Positions 1-9,956 of a stretch of DNA of 64,000 bases are shown piece by piece. The stretch lies in contig JBQGDO010000100.1 of the NCBI GenBank assembly GCA_052039105.1, positions 10,701-74,700 of the forward strand, written 5' to 3'. Positions within the stretch are counted from its first letter, which is position 1. Each line of letters opens with the position of its first letter. The position numbers and the translations under genes were made by a program. The notes under the pieces are model-generated. The model worked only from the letters and a program-made list of their open reading frames with translations, was not told the origin of the DNA and searched no databases. Source of the stretch: Methyloceanibacter sp. (lineage in GTDB: Bacteria; Pseudomonadota; Alphaproteobacteria; Rhizobiales; Methyloligellaceae).

Positions 1-740
1 TCAGTGAGGCCAATCGCCTCCTCCCAGGCCGGGAGCTGCACGGCGAGCGCGCCATCCGCTTTCAGCACGAACGACGCGCCGTCGAACACCAGCTCATCCT
101 GCCCGCCCACCTGATTGACATAGGCGAGCGGCAGACGCGTTTCCGCCACCCGGGCCTCCGCCACCTCGTAGCGCGTCTCCTGCTTGTCCATCCAATAGGG
201 CGAGCCGTTCGGCACGATCAGCAGACCGGCGCCTTCGAGCGCCAGGCTCTCGCACACTTCCGTGCTCCAGATGTCTTCGCACACCGGCACGCCAAGCTTG
301 ACGCCACGGAACTCGAGCGGCTGCGGCAGCGGTCCGGGCGCGAACACGCGCTTCTCGTCGAACACGCCGTAATTCGGCAGATTGAACTTGTAGCGCACCG
401 CCTCGATGCGGCCGCGATCGAGCAGCGCCACGGCATTATAGACGAACGGCCCCTCGCCCCAGGGCAGCCCCATCAGCAGCGCCGGGCCGCCGTCGCCTGT
501 GTCATGCGCCAGCGCCTCGCAGGCCTCGCGCGCGGCACTCTGCAAGGCGGGCTTTAGCACCAGGTCTTCGATCGGGTAGCCGGTGAGATAAAGCTCGGTG
601 AAGGCGACCAGGTCCGCGCCGTCGCGGGCTGCCCGCGCGCGCGCCGCGCGGGCCTTCTTGACATTGCCCTCGAGATCGCCCGCGACCGGGTTGAGCTGCG
701 CCAGCGCGAGCTTGAAACTGTCTTTGATCGCTTTCGTCAT
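1..740 (-). CDS. nadE: Glutamine-dependent NAD+ synthetase, N-terminal nitrilase/glutaminase domain (partial, runs off window start)
   Basis: Not in ORF track. Manual translation from ATG at 740: MTKAIKDSFKLALAQLNPVAGDLEGN...FTELYLTGYPIEDL...KFNLPNYGVFDEKRVF...VCEDIW...NGSPY...YVNQVGGQDELVFDGAS, typical NadE motifs. Confidence 0.92.
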   Translation of the reverse strand, partial: MTKAIKDSFKLALAQLNPVAGDLEGNVKKARAARARAARDGADLVAFTELYLTGYPIEDLVLKPALQSAAREACEALAHDTGDGGPALLMGLPWGEGPFVYNAVALLDRGRIEAVRYKFNLPNYGVFDEKRVFAPGPLPQPLEFRGVKLGVPVCEDIWSTEVCESLALEGAGLLIVPNGSPYWMDKQETRYEVAEARVAETRLPLAYVNQVGGQDELVFDGASFVLKADGALAVQLPAWEEAIGLT

Positions 741-775
741 GAGCGGAACTTAATCCGAAAGCCTCTAAATTGAAT

Positions 776-863
776 TCGTCATGGCCGGGCTTGTCCCGGC
801 CATCCACGTCTTTCGCTATCTCGGAAATTCGTGGATGCCCGGCACTTCGGCCGGGCATGACGA
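776..863. repeat. REP-like palindromic repeat of the Rhizobiales GTCATGGCCGGGCTTGTCCCGGCCATCCAC family
   Basis: TCGTCATGGCCGGGCTTGTCCCGGCCATCCACG...CGTGGATGCCCGGCACTTCGGCCGGGCATGACGA: nested inverted repeats in the gap between the DAHP synthase gene and nadE. Confidence 0.85.
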
Positions 864-873
864 GTCACCTGGG

Positions 874-2265
874 TCACTCGCCGGCGGCAATCGAGATCTC
901 GGGCTCGGGGCGCCCTTCGCGCTCGCGCTTCAGCCGCTCCGCCACGATGAAGGCAAGCTCGAGCGATTGGTCGGCGTTCAGCCGCGGATCGCAATGCGTG
1001 TGGTAGCGGTCGCGCAGATCGGCGTCGGTCAGCGCCTTGGCCCCGCCGACACATTCGGTGACGTTCTGCCCGGTCATCTCCACGTGAATGCCGCCCGCAT
1101 GCGTGCCCTCGGCCCGGTGGATATCGAAGAAGGTTTCCACCTCCGACAGGATCAGATCGAAGGGCCTGGTCTTGTAGCCGCTTCCCGCCTTGATCGTGTT
1201 GCCGTGCATCGGATCGCAGGCCCACACCACGCTCTTGCCCTCGCGCTTCACCGCGCGGATCAGGCCCGGCAGATGCTTGGCCACCTTGTCGGCGCCGAAG
1301 CGGCAAATCAAGCTCAGCCGTCCCGGCTCGTTCTGCGGGTTCAGCACGTCGATCAAGGTCAGCAGCGCCTCCGGCGCGAGCGACGGTCCGACTTTGGCGC
1401 CGATCGGATTCTTGACGCCGCGCAGATATTCGATATGCGCGTGGTCGAGCTGCCGCGTGCGGTCGCCGACCCACAGCATATGCCCTGAGGTCGCGTACCA
1501 GTCGCCCGAGGTGGAATCGACGCGGGTCAGCGCCTGCTCGTAGCCGAGCAGCAAAGCCTCGTGGCTCGTGTAGAAGCTCGTGGTTCTGAGCTGCGGCGTG
1601 TTATCGGCGTTGAGGCCGCAGGCGCGCATGAAGCGCAACGTCTCGGCGATGTGCTGGGCGAGTTCCTCGTAGCGGTGCCCGGCCGGGCTGTCCTTGACGA
1701 AGCCCAAATTCCAACGATGCACATGCTCCAGATTGGCGTAGCCGCCTTGCGCAAAAGCGCGCAGCAGATTAAGCGTCGCCGCCGCCTGACGGTAGGCCAT
1801 CAGCATGCGCTGCGGGTCCGGCTGTCGCGCCGCCTCGTTGAAGTCGATGCCGTTGATGATGTCGCCGCGATAGCTCGGCAATTCCTTGCCGTCTTGCATC
1901 TCGGTCGGCGCCGAGCGCGGTTTGGCGAACTGTCCGGCGATGCGCCCGACCTTCACCACCGGCGAGCCGCCGGCATAAGTCAAGACCACCGCCATCTGCA
2001 GGAACACGCGGAAGAAGTCGCGGATCGTGTCGGCGCGATGCTCGGCGAAGCTCTCGGCGCAGTCCCCGCCTTGCAGCAGGAAGGACTCTCCCGCGGCCAC
2101 CCGGGCGAGCTTCGCCTTCAGTTCGCGCGCCTCGCCGGCGAACACCAGCGGCGGAAAGGTCGCGAGCTGCTGCTCCACCGTCGCGACCTGGTCCGGGTCG
2201 GGGTAGACCGGGACCTGTTCGATCGGTTTCGATCGCCAGCTATCGGGGCTCCAACGCGGGGCCAT
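874..2265 (-). CDS. Class II 3-deoxy-7-phosphoheptulonate (DAHP) synthase
   Basis: Motifs [37 protein letters not shown]; ATG at 2265 after AAGGAG. Confidence 0.95.
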   Translation of the reverse strand: MAPRWSPDSWRSKPIEQVPVYPDPDQVATVEQQLATFPPLVFAGEARELKAKLARVAAGESFLLQGGDCAESFAEHRADTIRDFFRVFLQMAVVLTYAGGSPVVKVGRIAGQFAKPRSAPTEMQDGKELPSYRGDIINGIDFNEAARQPDPQRMLMAYRQAAATLNLLRAFAQGGYANLEHVHRWNLGFVKDSPAGHRYEELAQHIAETLRFMRACGLNADNTPQLRTTSFYTSHEALLLGYEQALTRVDSTSGDWYATSGHMLWVGDRTRQLDHAHIEYLRGVKNPIGAKVGPSLAPEALLTLIDVLNPQNEPGRLSLICRFGADKVAKHLPGLIRAVKREGKSVVWACDPMHGNTIKAGSGYKTRPFDLILSEVETFFDIHRAEGTHAGGIHVEMTGQNVTECVGGAKALTDADLRDRYHTHCDPRLNADQSLELAFIVAERLKREREGRPEPEISIAAGE

Positions 2266-2396
2266 TTCCAAGCACTCCTTGAGAAGTCAACGCTATATAG
2301 GCGATCGGCGGAACCAAGGCCAGAAGTCCCGGCTTGATTGCCGGGGCGCGTCGAGCGTGCCACATATCCGTTAAGAACCCCCGGAAGGAACCGATC

Positions 2397-3122
2397 TTGG
2401 ACCGCCACCTCGAGCACGGCCATCACCCCGGCGAGATCGCCAGGCGCCTGGAGCAAGGGCCCAAGGCCAGCTATCTGCGCGACTGGGTCTATGGCGGCAT
2501 CGACGGCACGGTGACCACTTTCGCCATCATGGCCGGCGTAGTCGGCGCCAGCCTCTCGGCGGGCGTGGTGATCATCCTCGGCATCGCCAATCTGCTCGCC
2601 GACGGCTTCTCCATGGCCGCCGCCAACTATACCGGCACCAAGGCCGAGCACGACGAATACGAGCAGCTGCGCCGCATGGAGGAGCGGCATGTGGACCTCG
2701 CGCCGGAAGGCGAGCGCGAGGAGGTCCGCCAGATCTTCGAGGCGAAGGGCTTCAAAGGCGAGGCGCTGGACACCGCCGTCGAGGTCATCACCGCGCGGCG
2801 CGAGCGCTGGATCGACACCATGATGGCCGAGGAGCACGGCATGCCGGCGGTGATCCGGTCTCCGTTCCGCGCGGCGCTGATGACCTTCATCGCCTTCGTG
2901 CTGTGCGGCAGCGTGCCGATCATCCCTTATGCCTTGGGGCTCGCCAATCCGATCTGGCCGGCCACGATCATGACCGGTCTCACCTTCTTCGGCATCGGCT
3001 CGTTCAGGAGCTATTGGTCGCCGACGCCCTGGTGGCGCGCGGGGCTCGAGACCTTCGCTATCGGCATGGGCGCCGCGGGCGTCGCCTACGCGGTCGGCGC
3101 CCTGCTCAAAGGGCTGGTTTAG
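2397..3122 (+). CDS. VIT1/CCC1 family Fe/Mn transporter
   Basis: YLRDWVYGGIDGTVTTFA, GIANLLADGFSMAAANY, several TM helices; TTG start at 2397 inferred from upstream AAGGAA. Confidence 0.9.
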   Translation: MDRHLEHGHHPGEIARRLEQGPKASYLRDWVYGGIDGTVTTFAIMAGVVGASLSAGVVIILGIANLLADGFSMAAANYTGTKAEHDEYEQLRRMEERHVDLAPEGEREEVRQIFEAKGFKGEALDTAVEVITARRERWIDTMMAEEHGMPAVIRSPFRAALMTFIAFVLCGSVPIIPYALGLANPIWPATIMTGLTFFGIGSFRSYWSPTPWWRAGLETFAIGMGAAGVAYAVGALLKGLV

Positions 3123-3177
3123 CAGCCCGAGCTTTCGCTCTACCGCCCGCCATATCGTTTGTGCCACATTGCCGGCC

Positions 3178-4347
3178 ATGGCGATCAAGGAACCAAGTTT
3201 CTCCATCGGCATCGAGGAGGAATATCTCCTCGTCGACAAGGAGAGCCGCGACCTCGCGGCCGAGCCGCCGCAGGCATTGTTCGCCAAATGCGAAGAGGCA
3301 TTGCGCGGCCGCGTCAGCCCCGAATTCCTGCGCTCGCAGATCGAGGTCGGCACCAGCGTGTGCCGCTCCGTGCAGGAGGCGCGCGATCAGCTCGTCGAAC
3401 TACGCAGCACGGTGGGCGCGATCGCCGGCGAGTTCGGCCTGGCGCCGATCGCCTCTTCCACCCATCCCTTCGCCGAATGGTCGCACCAGCAGCACACCGA
3501 CAAGGAACGCTACAACGTGCTGGCGCAAGACCTCCAGCACGTGGCGCGGCGGCTGGTGATCTGCGGCATGCATGTGCATGTCGGCATTGAGGACAACGAG
3601 CTTCGCATCGACCTTCTGAGCCAGGCGGCCTATTTCCTGCCGCATCTGCTCGCGCTCTCCACCTCCTCGCCCTTCTGGCAGGGCGCACAGACCGGGCTCA
3701 AATCGTACCGCCTATCCGTGTTCGACGAGCTGCCCCGCACCGGCATTCCGCATCAATTCTCCAGTTGGAGCGAATATGAGCGCACCGTCGAGCTGCTGGT
3801 GCACGCCGGCTTGATCGAGGACGCGACCAAGCTCTGGTGGGATCTGCGTCCCTCGGCGCGCTTCCCGACCCTGGAAATGCGCATCACCGATGTCTGTCCG
3901 CTGATCGACGACGGCATTGCGATTGCTTCGCTTTATGTCTGCATCCTGCGCATGCTCTACCGCCTGCGCCGGCAAAATCAGCGCTGGCGGCATTACCCGC
4001 CCTTCCTCGTGCGCGAGAACCGCTGGCGCGCGCAGCGCTACGGCATCGAGCAGGGCATGGTCGATTTCGGCAAGGGCGAGGTCGTTCCCTTCGGCACGTT
4101 GCTGGAGGAATTGTTCGAGCTCATCGCCGAGGACGCCGCTTATTTCGGCTGCACCGCCGAGGTGACGCATGCGCGCACCATCGTCGCGCGCGGCACGAGC
4201 GCAGACCGCCAGCTCGCCCGCTACGATGCGATCAAGAAGCTTGGCGGCTCGGACAAGGCCGCGCTGGTCGCCGTGGTCGACGGCATCATCGAGGAAACCG
4301 TGATGCAGCCCGCCCTGGCCAAACAGCCCAGTGCGATTCCGGCCTAG
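3178..4347 (+). CDS. Carboxylate-amine ligase / glutamate--cysteine ligase (GCS2, YbdK family)
   Basis: IGIEEEY, GMHVHVG, ALSTSSPFW, WWDLRP, TLEMRITD. Confidence 0.92.
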   Translation: MAIKEPSFSIGIEEEYLLVDKESRDLAAEPPQALFAKCEEALRGRVSPEFLRSQIEVGTSVCRSVQEARDQLVELRSTVGAIAGEFGLAPIASSTHPFAEWSHQQHTDKERYNVLAQDLQHVARRLVICGMHVHVGIEDNELRIDLLSQAAYFLPHLLALSTSSPFWQGAQTGLKSYRLSVFDELPRTGIPHQFSSWSEYERTVELLVHAGLIEDATKLWWDLRPSARFPTLEMRITDVCPLIDDGIAIASLYVCILRMLYRLRRQNQRWRHYPPFLVRENRWRAQRYGIEQGMVDFGKGEVVPFGTLLEELFELIAEDAAYFGCTAEVTHARTIVARGTSADRQLARYDAIKKLGGSDKAALVAVVDGIIEETVMQPALAKQPSAIPA

Positions 4348-5099
4348 AGCGTTGTCCCCATGCCGCCGTCGACATTGAGCGCGGCGCCGGTGACATAGGC
4401 CGCTTCGTCGGAGGCCAGAAACAGCGCCGCGTTGGCGATGTCCTGCGGCGTGCCGAAACGCCTGAGCGGCGTCTGCGTCAGCAACGCCTTGGCGATCATC
4501 GGATTTGAGATATAGCGCCCGATCAGCGCCGTCTCGACATAACCGGGCACCAGCGCGTTCACCCTGATGCCGTAAGGCGCATATTCGACCGCCAGGCTCC
4601 GCGTCAGCGCCGAGACCGCGCCTTTGGTCGCCGAATAGACCGCCATCTGCCGCGTATGCTTGGTCGCCATCACCGAGGAGAGATTGATCACCGACGCCTT
4701 GCCGGACGCCTTGAGCAGATCGAAGGCCTCGCGCGCGCAGCGCACCGTGCCGTCTAGATTGGTCCTCCACACCCGGTCCCAGGCCTCGTCGGAGAGATGG
4801 CGGAAGTCTGCGCGCTCGCCGACGCCCGCATTGTTGACGAGCACGTCGAGCCGGCCGTGCTGCGCGCCGATGTCCTCCATCAAGGCTTTGACTTGCGGCG
4901 TGTCGGTGACATCCACCGCATGCGCGCTCGCCGCGCCGTTCGCCTTGACGATGGCGTCGGCTACCTCCCGTGCCGCGGCCTCGTCGCGATCGGCCACGGC
5001 GACCACCGCGCCCTCCCGCGCGAAGGTCTCGGCAATGGCCCGGCCGATACCGGCGCCGGCGCCGGTGACCAGCGCGATTTTCTCCTCAAGCCGCCGCAT
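4344..5099 (-). CDS. Short-chain dehydrogenase/reductase (SDR)
   Basis: TGAGAGIG, NNAG, YSATK (YxxxK), VDGG. Confidence 0.93.
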   Translation of the reverse strand: MRRLEEKIALVTGAGAGIGRAIAETFAREGAVVAVADRDEAAAREVADAIVKANGAASAHAVDVTDTPQVKALMEDIGAQHGRLDVLVNNAGVGERADFRHLSDEAWDRVWRTNLDGTVRCAREAFDLLKASGKASVINLSSVMATKHTRQMAVYSATKGAVSALTRSLAVEYAPYGIRVNALVPGYVETALIGRYISNPMIAKALLTQTPLRRFGTPQDIANAALFLASDEAAYVTGAALNVDGGMGTTL

Positions 5100-6480
5100 C
5101 GGACCCCGCCACAGGCTTGGGCGGCTCCCAGCGATGCCGCATCGTCACCAGTTCCTCCGCCGCGCTCGGATGCAGCGCCATGGTCCTGTCGAGCTGCGCC
5201 TTGGTCACGCCGAGCTTGAGCGGGATCGCCATCATCTGCACGATTTCCGCGGCGTCTTCGCCGAGAATGTGGCAGCCCAGCACTTTGTCGGAGTCGGCGT
5301 CGATCACGAGCTTCATCAGCATCTTCTCGTCACGGCCGCTGATCATCGACTTCAGCGGCCGGAATCGCGATTTGTAGACGTCCACATTGGGATGCATCTC
5401 ACGGGCCTTCTCCTCGGAGAGCCCGGCCGTGCCGATCTCAGGCTGGGCGAACACCGCCGTCGGAATGAACGTGTGATCGACCGGCGTCGGCGTGTCGTTG
5501 AACACCGTCTCGACGAAGGCGGTCGCTTCGTGGATCGCGACCGGCGTCAGTTGCACGCGGTCGGTCACGTCGCCGACGGCGTAGAGGCTGTCGACTGAGG
5601 ATTTGGAGAACTCGTCGACGACGACGTGGCCATTCCAGCCGAGCTCGACGCCGAGCTGTTGGAGGCCGAAGCCCATCGTGTTGGGCGCGCGCCCCGTCGC
5701 TGCCATCACCAGCTCGGCGGCGACTGCATCGCCCCGCTTCAGATGCACGCGATATCCCCCGCCGTCCTTCTCCACCGAGGCGATATCGGTGTCCATGCGC
5801 AGATCGACGCCGCGATTGCGCATCGCCTCGGCAAGCCCGTCACGCAAATCCATGTCGAAATCGCGCAAGATTTGCTCGCCGCGATAGAGCACCGTCACCG
5901 CCACGCCGAGCCCGCGAAAGATCGAGGCGAACTCCATGCCGATATAGCCGGCGCCGATAATGACGATGCTGGCGGGCAGCTGCTCGAGCTCGAAACATTG
6001 GTTCGAGGTGATGAGGTGCTCCTTGCCGGGCACGTCCGGTAGGACCGGATGCCCGCCGGTCGCGACCAGGACGGTCCTGGCCGAGAGCGCCCCGTCGCGA
6101 TCGGCGAGCTTAATCTGGTGCGGCCCGCCGACCGAAGCGCGGGTGAGGAATTTCGTTACCCCGGCATTTTCCAGGGTGCGGGTATAGACGCCGTTCAGCC
6201 GGTCGACCTCGCGCCTGACATTGCCGATCAGGGTCGGCCAGTCGAAGCGCAAATTCTCGCCGGTCCAGCCGAAGCCGACCGCGTCGGCAAGCTCGCTGGC
6301 GTAGCGGCTGCCATAGACGAGCAGCTTCTTCGGCACGCAGCCTCGGATGACGCAGGTGCCGCCGATGCGATATTCCTCGGCGATGCCGACCCGCGCGCCC
6401 AGTTCGGCGGCGAGCCGCGCCGCGCGCACTCCGCCCGAGCCCGCGCCGATCACGAACAGATCGTAGTCGTATTTTGCCAC
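5086..6480 (-). CDS. gor: Glutathione-disulfide reductase
   Basis: GAGSGG, GGTCVIRGCVPKK redox disulfide, HPSAAEE. Confidence 0.95.
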   Translation of the reverse strand: MAKYDYDLFVIGAGSGGVRAARLAAELGARVGIAEEYRIGGTCVIRGCVPKKLLVYGSRYASELADAVGFGWTGENLRFDWPTLIGNVRREVDRLNGVYTRTLENAGVTKFLTRASVGGPHQIKLADRDGALSARTVLVATGGHPVLPDVPGKEHLITSNQCFELEQLPASIVIIGAGYIGMEFASIFRGLGVAVTVLYRGEQILRDFDMDLRDGLAEAMRNRGVDLRMDTDIASVEKDGGGYRVHLKRGDAVAAELVMAATGRAPNTMGFGLQQLGVELGWNGHVVVDEFSKSSVDSLYAVGDVTDRVQLTPVAIHEATAFVETVFNDTPTPVDHTFIPTAVFAQPEIGTAGLSEEKAREMHPNVDVYKSRFRPLKSMISGRDEKMLMKLVIDADSDKVLGCHILGEDAAEIVQMMAIPLKLGVTKAQLDRTMALHPSAAEELVTMRHRWEPPKPVAGSDAAA

Positions 6481-6486
6481 TTGGCG

Positions 6487-7194
6487 TCAGGCTCCTGGGC
6501 GGCGCAAGGCCTTCACGCCGCTCTTGCCGGCCACGATAGCCAAATCGGCAAGCCCGAGAAACAAGCCATGCTCGACCACCCCCGGCACGCGTTTCAGCGA
6601 GAAGGCGAGCACTTCGGGCTCGGGGATCGAGCCGAAGGCGCAATCGAGAATGAGATTGCCCTGGTCGGTGACGAAGGGAGCGTCGCCCTGGCCGGGTCGC
6701 AGCGAGACGGCGCCATGACAACCGGTCTCGGCGGCGATGGCTTCGACCAGCCGCATCGTCGCCATCAGCCCGAAGCGCACCACCTCGACAGGAAGCGGAA
6801 ACAGGCCGAGCGTGGAGACCACTTTGCTCTCGTCGACGATCGCCACCATGCGGTCGGACGCCGTGGCCACGATCTTCTCGCGCAACAGGGCGCCGCCGCC
6901 GCCCTTGATCATGCGCAGCTGGTCGTCGATCTCGTCGGCGCCGTCCACCGTCAGGTCGAGCTGCGGCGTCTCGTCGAGCGTGGTCAGCGGGATGCCGAGA
7001 GCCTCGGCCTGCGCGCGCGTCGCCTCCGAGGTGGGAACGCAAACGACCTTCAGGCCCTTGGCCACGCGCTCGCCAAGCGCGGCGACAAAGCGCGCGGCCG
7101 TCGATCCCGTGCCGAGCCCGAGCCGCATGCCGTCCTCGACCAGGTCGAGCGCGGCCCTCGCCGCACTTTCCTTGAGCTCATCGACGTTGAGCAA
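6487..7194 (-). CDS. rpiA: Ribose-5-phosphate isomerase A
   Basis: [32 protein letters not shown]. Confidence 0.97.
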   Translation of the reverse strand: MLNVDELKESAARAALDLVEDGMRLGLGTGSTAARFVAALGERVAKGLKVVCVPTSEATRAQAEALGIPLTTLDETPQLDLTVDGADEIDDQLRMIKGGGGALLREKIVATASDRMVAIVDESKVVSTLGLFPLPVEVVRFGLMATMRLVEAIAAETGCHGAVSLRPGQGDAPFVTDQGNLILDCAFGSIPEPEVLAFSLKRVPGVVEHGLFLGLADLAIVAGKSGVKALRRPGA

Positions 7195-7300
7195 ACATCC
7201 CTCCCCGCAGGGTCGTGGTGACAGCGGGCCCGATCGCTAGCTTGGCCTGCTCTCTACGCCCCCGCTTGCCAGGCCGCAAGGCGCGTGTGAGACACAGCCC

Positions 7301-7981
7301 ATGCTGAAACAGGCCACCATCGTGTTCGATCTCGACGGCACCTTGGTCGATACCGCGCCCGACCTCTCCAACGCGCTGAACGACGTGATGACGAGGCGCG
7401 GCCATGCGCCGGTCCCGGCGGAGACCGTCCGCGCCTGCGTCGGCCATGGCGCAAGGGTGATGATCGAGCAGGCTCTGCGCCGGGCCGGGGCGAGCGACGA
7501 CGTCGACCGCATGCTGGCCGAGTTCCTGGTCCACTACGAGGCGAATATCGCCGCCGAGAGCCGGCCGTTTCCCGGCGCGGTGGCCGCCTTGGAGACGCTT
7601 CTGGCCCAAGGCGCCACCCTCGCCGTCTGCACCAATAAGCGCGAATATCTATCCCGCAAGCTGCTTTCGGAGCTTGATCTCGCCCGGTATTTCTCGGGGC
7701 TCGCGGGGCGCGACACGTTCAGCGTATCGAAGCCCGACCCCCGCCATTTGACCCAGGTGATCGCTCTGGCCGGTGGCAATCCCTCTCGCGCCATCATGGT
7801 CGGCGACAGCGAAGTCGACATCGCCACGGCTGAGGCCGCGGCGATCCCCATGGTGCTCGTCAGCTTCGGCTACGCCAACAGCCCGCTCGACGCTCTCCGC
7901 GCGGCGGCGAGGATCGATCATTTCGACGAGCTGGAGGCCCAGGTCACGACGCTGCTAAACGGGCTGAGCGCAAACGCCTGA
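7301..7981 (+). CDS. gph: HAD hydrolase, phosphoglycolate phosphatase-like
   Basis: FDLDGTLVDT, CTNK, KPDP, MVGDS; divergent from rpiA. Confidence 0.85.
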   Translation: MLKQATIVFDLDGTLVDTAPDLSNALNDVMTRRGHAPVPAETVRACVGHGARVMIEQALRRAGASDDVDRMLAEFLVHYEANIAAESRPFPGAVAALETLLAQGATLAVCTNKREYLSRKLLSELDLARYFSGLAGRDTFSVSKPDPRHLTQVIALAGGNPSRAIMVGDSEVDIATAEAAAIPMVLVSFGYANSPLDALRAAARIDHFDELEAQVTTLLNGLSANA

Positions 7982-8117
7982 CCCATTGAAACGCCCAAAT
8001 CCCGCCGCAGATCGGGCTTAATTCCACCCGGCCCTTCCCAACGAAGAGCCATAGTCAAAGAACATTTTCAGTTGCCCTCCTGGGGGGACGGATGAAATGC
8101 CATTCAGGGAGAGACAG

Positions 8118-8390
8118 ATGATCAGACATGCCGTGCTTGGCGTCGCGCTTCTATGCCTCATGGGCGGCGCGGCTTACGCGCAGGACGCCGAGGAGGACAA
8201 TGCCTGCACCCAGCAGCTCACCGCGGTCGAAGAGAAAGTGCATGACAAGATCGAGTCGAATGCGCTGAGTGAGGCCGACGCCGATCAGGTCAATCTCATG
8301 CTCGACGAGGCCGACGCGCTTTGCACCGAGGGCAAATTCGACGAAGCCACCGCCACTCTGGCCGCCATCACCAAGATCGTCGGCAATTAG
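8118..8390 (+). CDS. Small secreted acidic helical protein with two Cys in the mature part
   Basis: Signal peptide MIRHAVLGVALLCLMGGAAYA, RBS GGGAGAG, GC3-biased codons. Confidence 0.75.
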   Translation: MIRHAVLGVALLCLMGGAAYAQDAEEDNACTQQLTAVEEKVHDKIESNALSEADADQVNLMLDEADALCTEGKFDEATATLAAITKIVGN

Positions 8391-8434
8391 GCGCAAGTTT
8401 GGGGGATGGCGCGGCGTCCGGTCGCGCCGTCCGT

Positions 8435-9619
8435 TCAGCCCAAATTCGTCTGAGCGATTCGGGAACTGGGAGCCTCATTGGGGTCGAAGGACTCCGCGTA
8501 TTCTCTATAGATCGCCAGGTACTCTTCGGGCACCGCCGGGTTGGCGTAGTGGTGGATAGAGTCGATCCAAGGCTCGTCCCAAGATGACGGAGCCGTCATT
8601 TGCTGCAGTTGGATGGCTCCCCTTTCCTGCGATCTCCGGATGATGGCTCGCATCTCGCGCGAGATAATTTCGCGGTGCCCACGATAGCCCCAATCCCCCT
8701 CGGCTGCGGCGAGCTGTTCCCGGGCGAAATTGTGGAGCAGCTCCAGAAAGCAATCGCCGTCGCAGCAATCGTCGAACGACAGTCCGTGATACAGCTTCAG
8801 CAGTGCGAGGTGCAGAGCCTTCTCGGTACGCTCGTTCTTCCTGACACTGACCTGACGCGCATAAAGCTCCGGATATCGAAACGCGAGGATCTTCTGGGTG
8901 ACGTTATAGGGAAGCACACAAAGCGGAACCTCGAACGCGATCTCCAAGCCGATCGACTTGAATAACGCAGAGGTCTCGGCGAGCGCCACCGGAGAGGAGA
9001 TGTCGAAATATTGGTGCCACGGCTCTCCTCGGGGCGAGAGGTGAACCTCACCCAGGCCGGAGCCGTGATAGATCGTCCTAGGCAAGAGCATCAGCCCCGG
9101 CACAATGCGGCTCGGCATGGAGCTGCTGATGGGCGTGACGCTCAGCACGTTTGGAAGGTCCGCCGCGTAGGTGGAGCCCCAAGCGCACAGGACGGCGGGA
9201 TCGTGCCCGGTTTCCCGCAGCATTCCCAACAGCAGCCGGCTGTCCTTGCCGCCGCCGAACAGAAGCACGCTGCCGGCAGACTTGGCTTCATAGCCGACAT
9301 CCGCGAGACTCGAGGTGACATCGAGTTCGAGTCCGAATTGACGCGCGCGCTTCTGAAAGTGGGCGACGACCTGACGCGAGGCCGCAAATTCGAAGTGAAC
9401 TTCGGCCCGCTTGTGCTCGGTCTTGTAGAGAGGTCCGCCGTTCCGCGTGATGTGCATCAGCGGATAAAAGCTGTCCCAGATCTGGGCGTGAGGCACGGCA
9501 AAGTTGGCATCCTTGAAACCGATGACTCCCGCCTTCGTGCTGCCATCGGGCAAAGCGACCTCGATATCGAAGACATACGCGGTTTCATCTTTGAACGGCT
9601 TGGCGACTTTGATCTTCAT
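8435..9619 (-). CDS. Hypothetical protein with PP-loop (adenine nucleotide alpha-hydrolase-like) motif
   Basis: VLLFGGGKDS motif; ATG at 9619 (MKIKVAKPF); codon use visibly less GC-biased than neighbours. Confidence 0.7.
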   Translation of the reverse strand: MKIKVAKPFKDETAYVFDIEVALPDGSTKAGVIGFKDANFAVPHAQIWDSFYPLMHITRNGGPLYKTEHKRAEVHFEFAASRQVVAHFQKRARQFGLELDVTSSLADVGYEAKSAGSVLLFGGGKDSRLLLGMLRETGHDPAVLCAWGSTYAADLPNVLSVTPISSSMPSRIVPGLMLLPRTIYHGSGLGEVHLSPRGEPWHQYFDISSPVALAETSALFKSIGLEIAFEVPLCVLPYNVTQKILAFRYPELYARQVSVRKNERTEKALHLALLKLYHGLSFDDCCDGDCFLELLHNFAREQLAAAEGDWGYRGHREIISREMRAIIRRSQERGAIQLQQMTAPSSWDEPWIDSIHHYANPAVPEEYLAIYREYAESFDPNEAPSSRIAQTNLG

Positions 9620-9824
9620 TCGAGACCTGGCGTCATCAGCTGCGAACGTGCTCGGTCTCGCGGAGTCTGTCACAGCAGCGTGCCGGCAACAAAGCGGCAA
9701 AGCGGGCGGAACACGCGCGGCCCCCTGCGAAGGGCTCAAACAGGCCGCCGTCCCAATCCTCCGCCTGCCGCGCTTCCTTGACTTCACCGGGAGCCAATCG
9801 CTAAATCCACCAGGCCAGCACGGC

Positions 9825-9900
9825 GGGCGGTTAGCTCAGCTGGTAGAGCACTGTGTTCACATCGCAGGGGTCGCTGGTTCGAGTCCAGCACCGCCCACCA
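9825..9900 (+). tRNA. tRNA-Val (anticodon CAC)
   Basis: GGGCGGTTAGCTCAGCTGGTAGAGCA-CTGTG-TTCACAT-CGCAG-GGGTC-GCTGGTTCGAGTCCAGC-ACCGCCC-ACCA, 76 nt cloverleaf with encoded CCA. Confidence 0.97.
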
Positions 9901-9956
9901 TTAAAAGGCGTGGTTGCCGGCTCGCCAGGCGACACATTCGGGGAGGACTCTCGACA

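Noticed and set aside
502-1006. Short ORFs crossing the palindrome (e.g. ...DVDGRDKPGHD..., ...WPGLSRPST...)
   Set aside because: These are translations of the REP-like repeat and overlap nadE and the DAHP synthase gene; not real genes.
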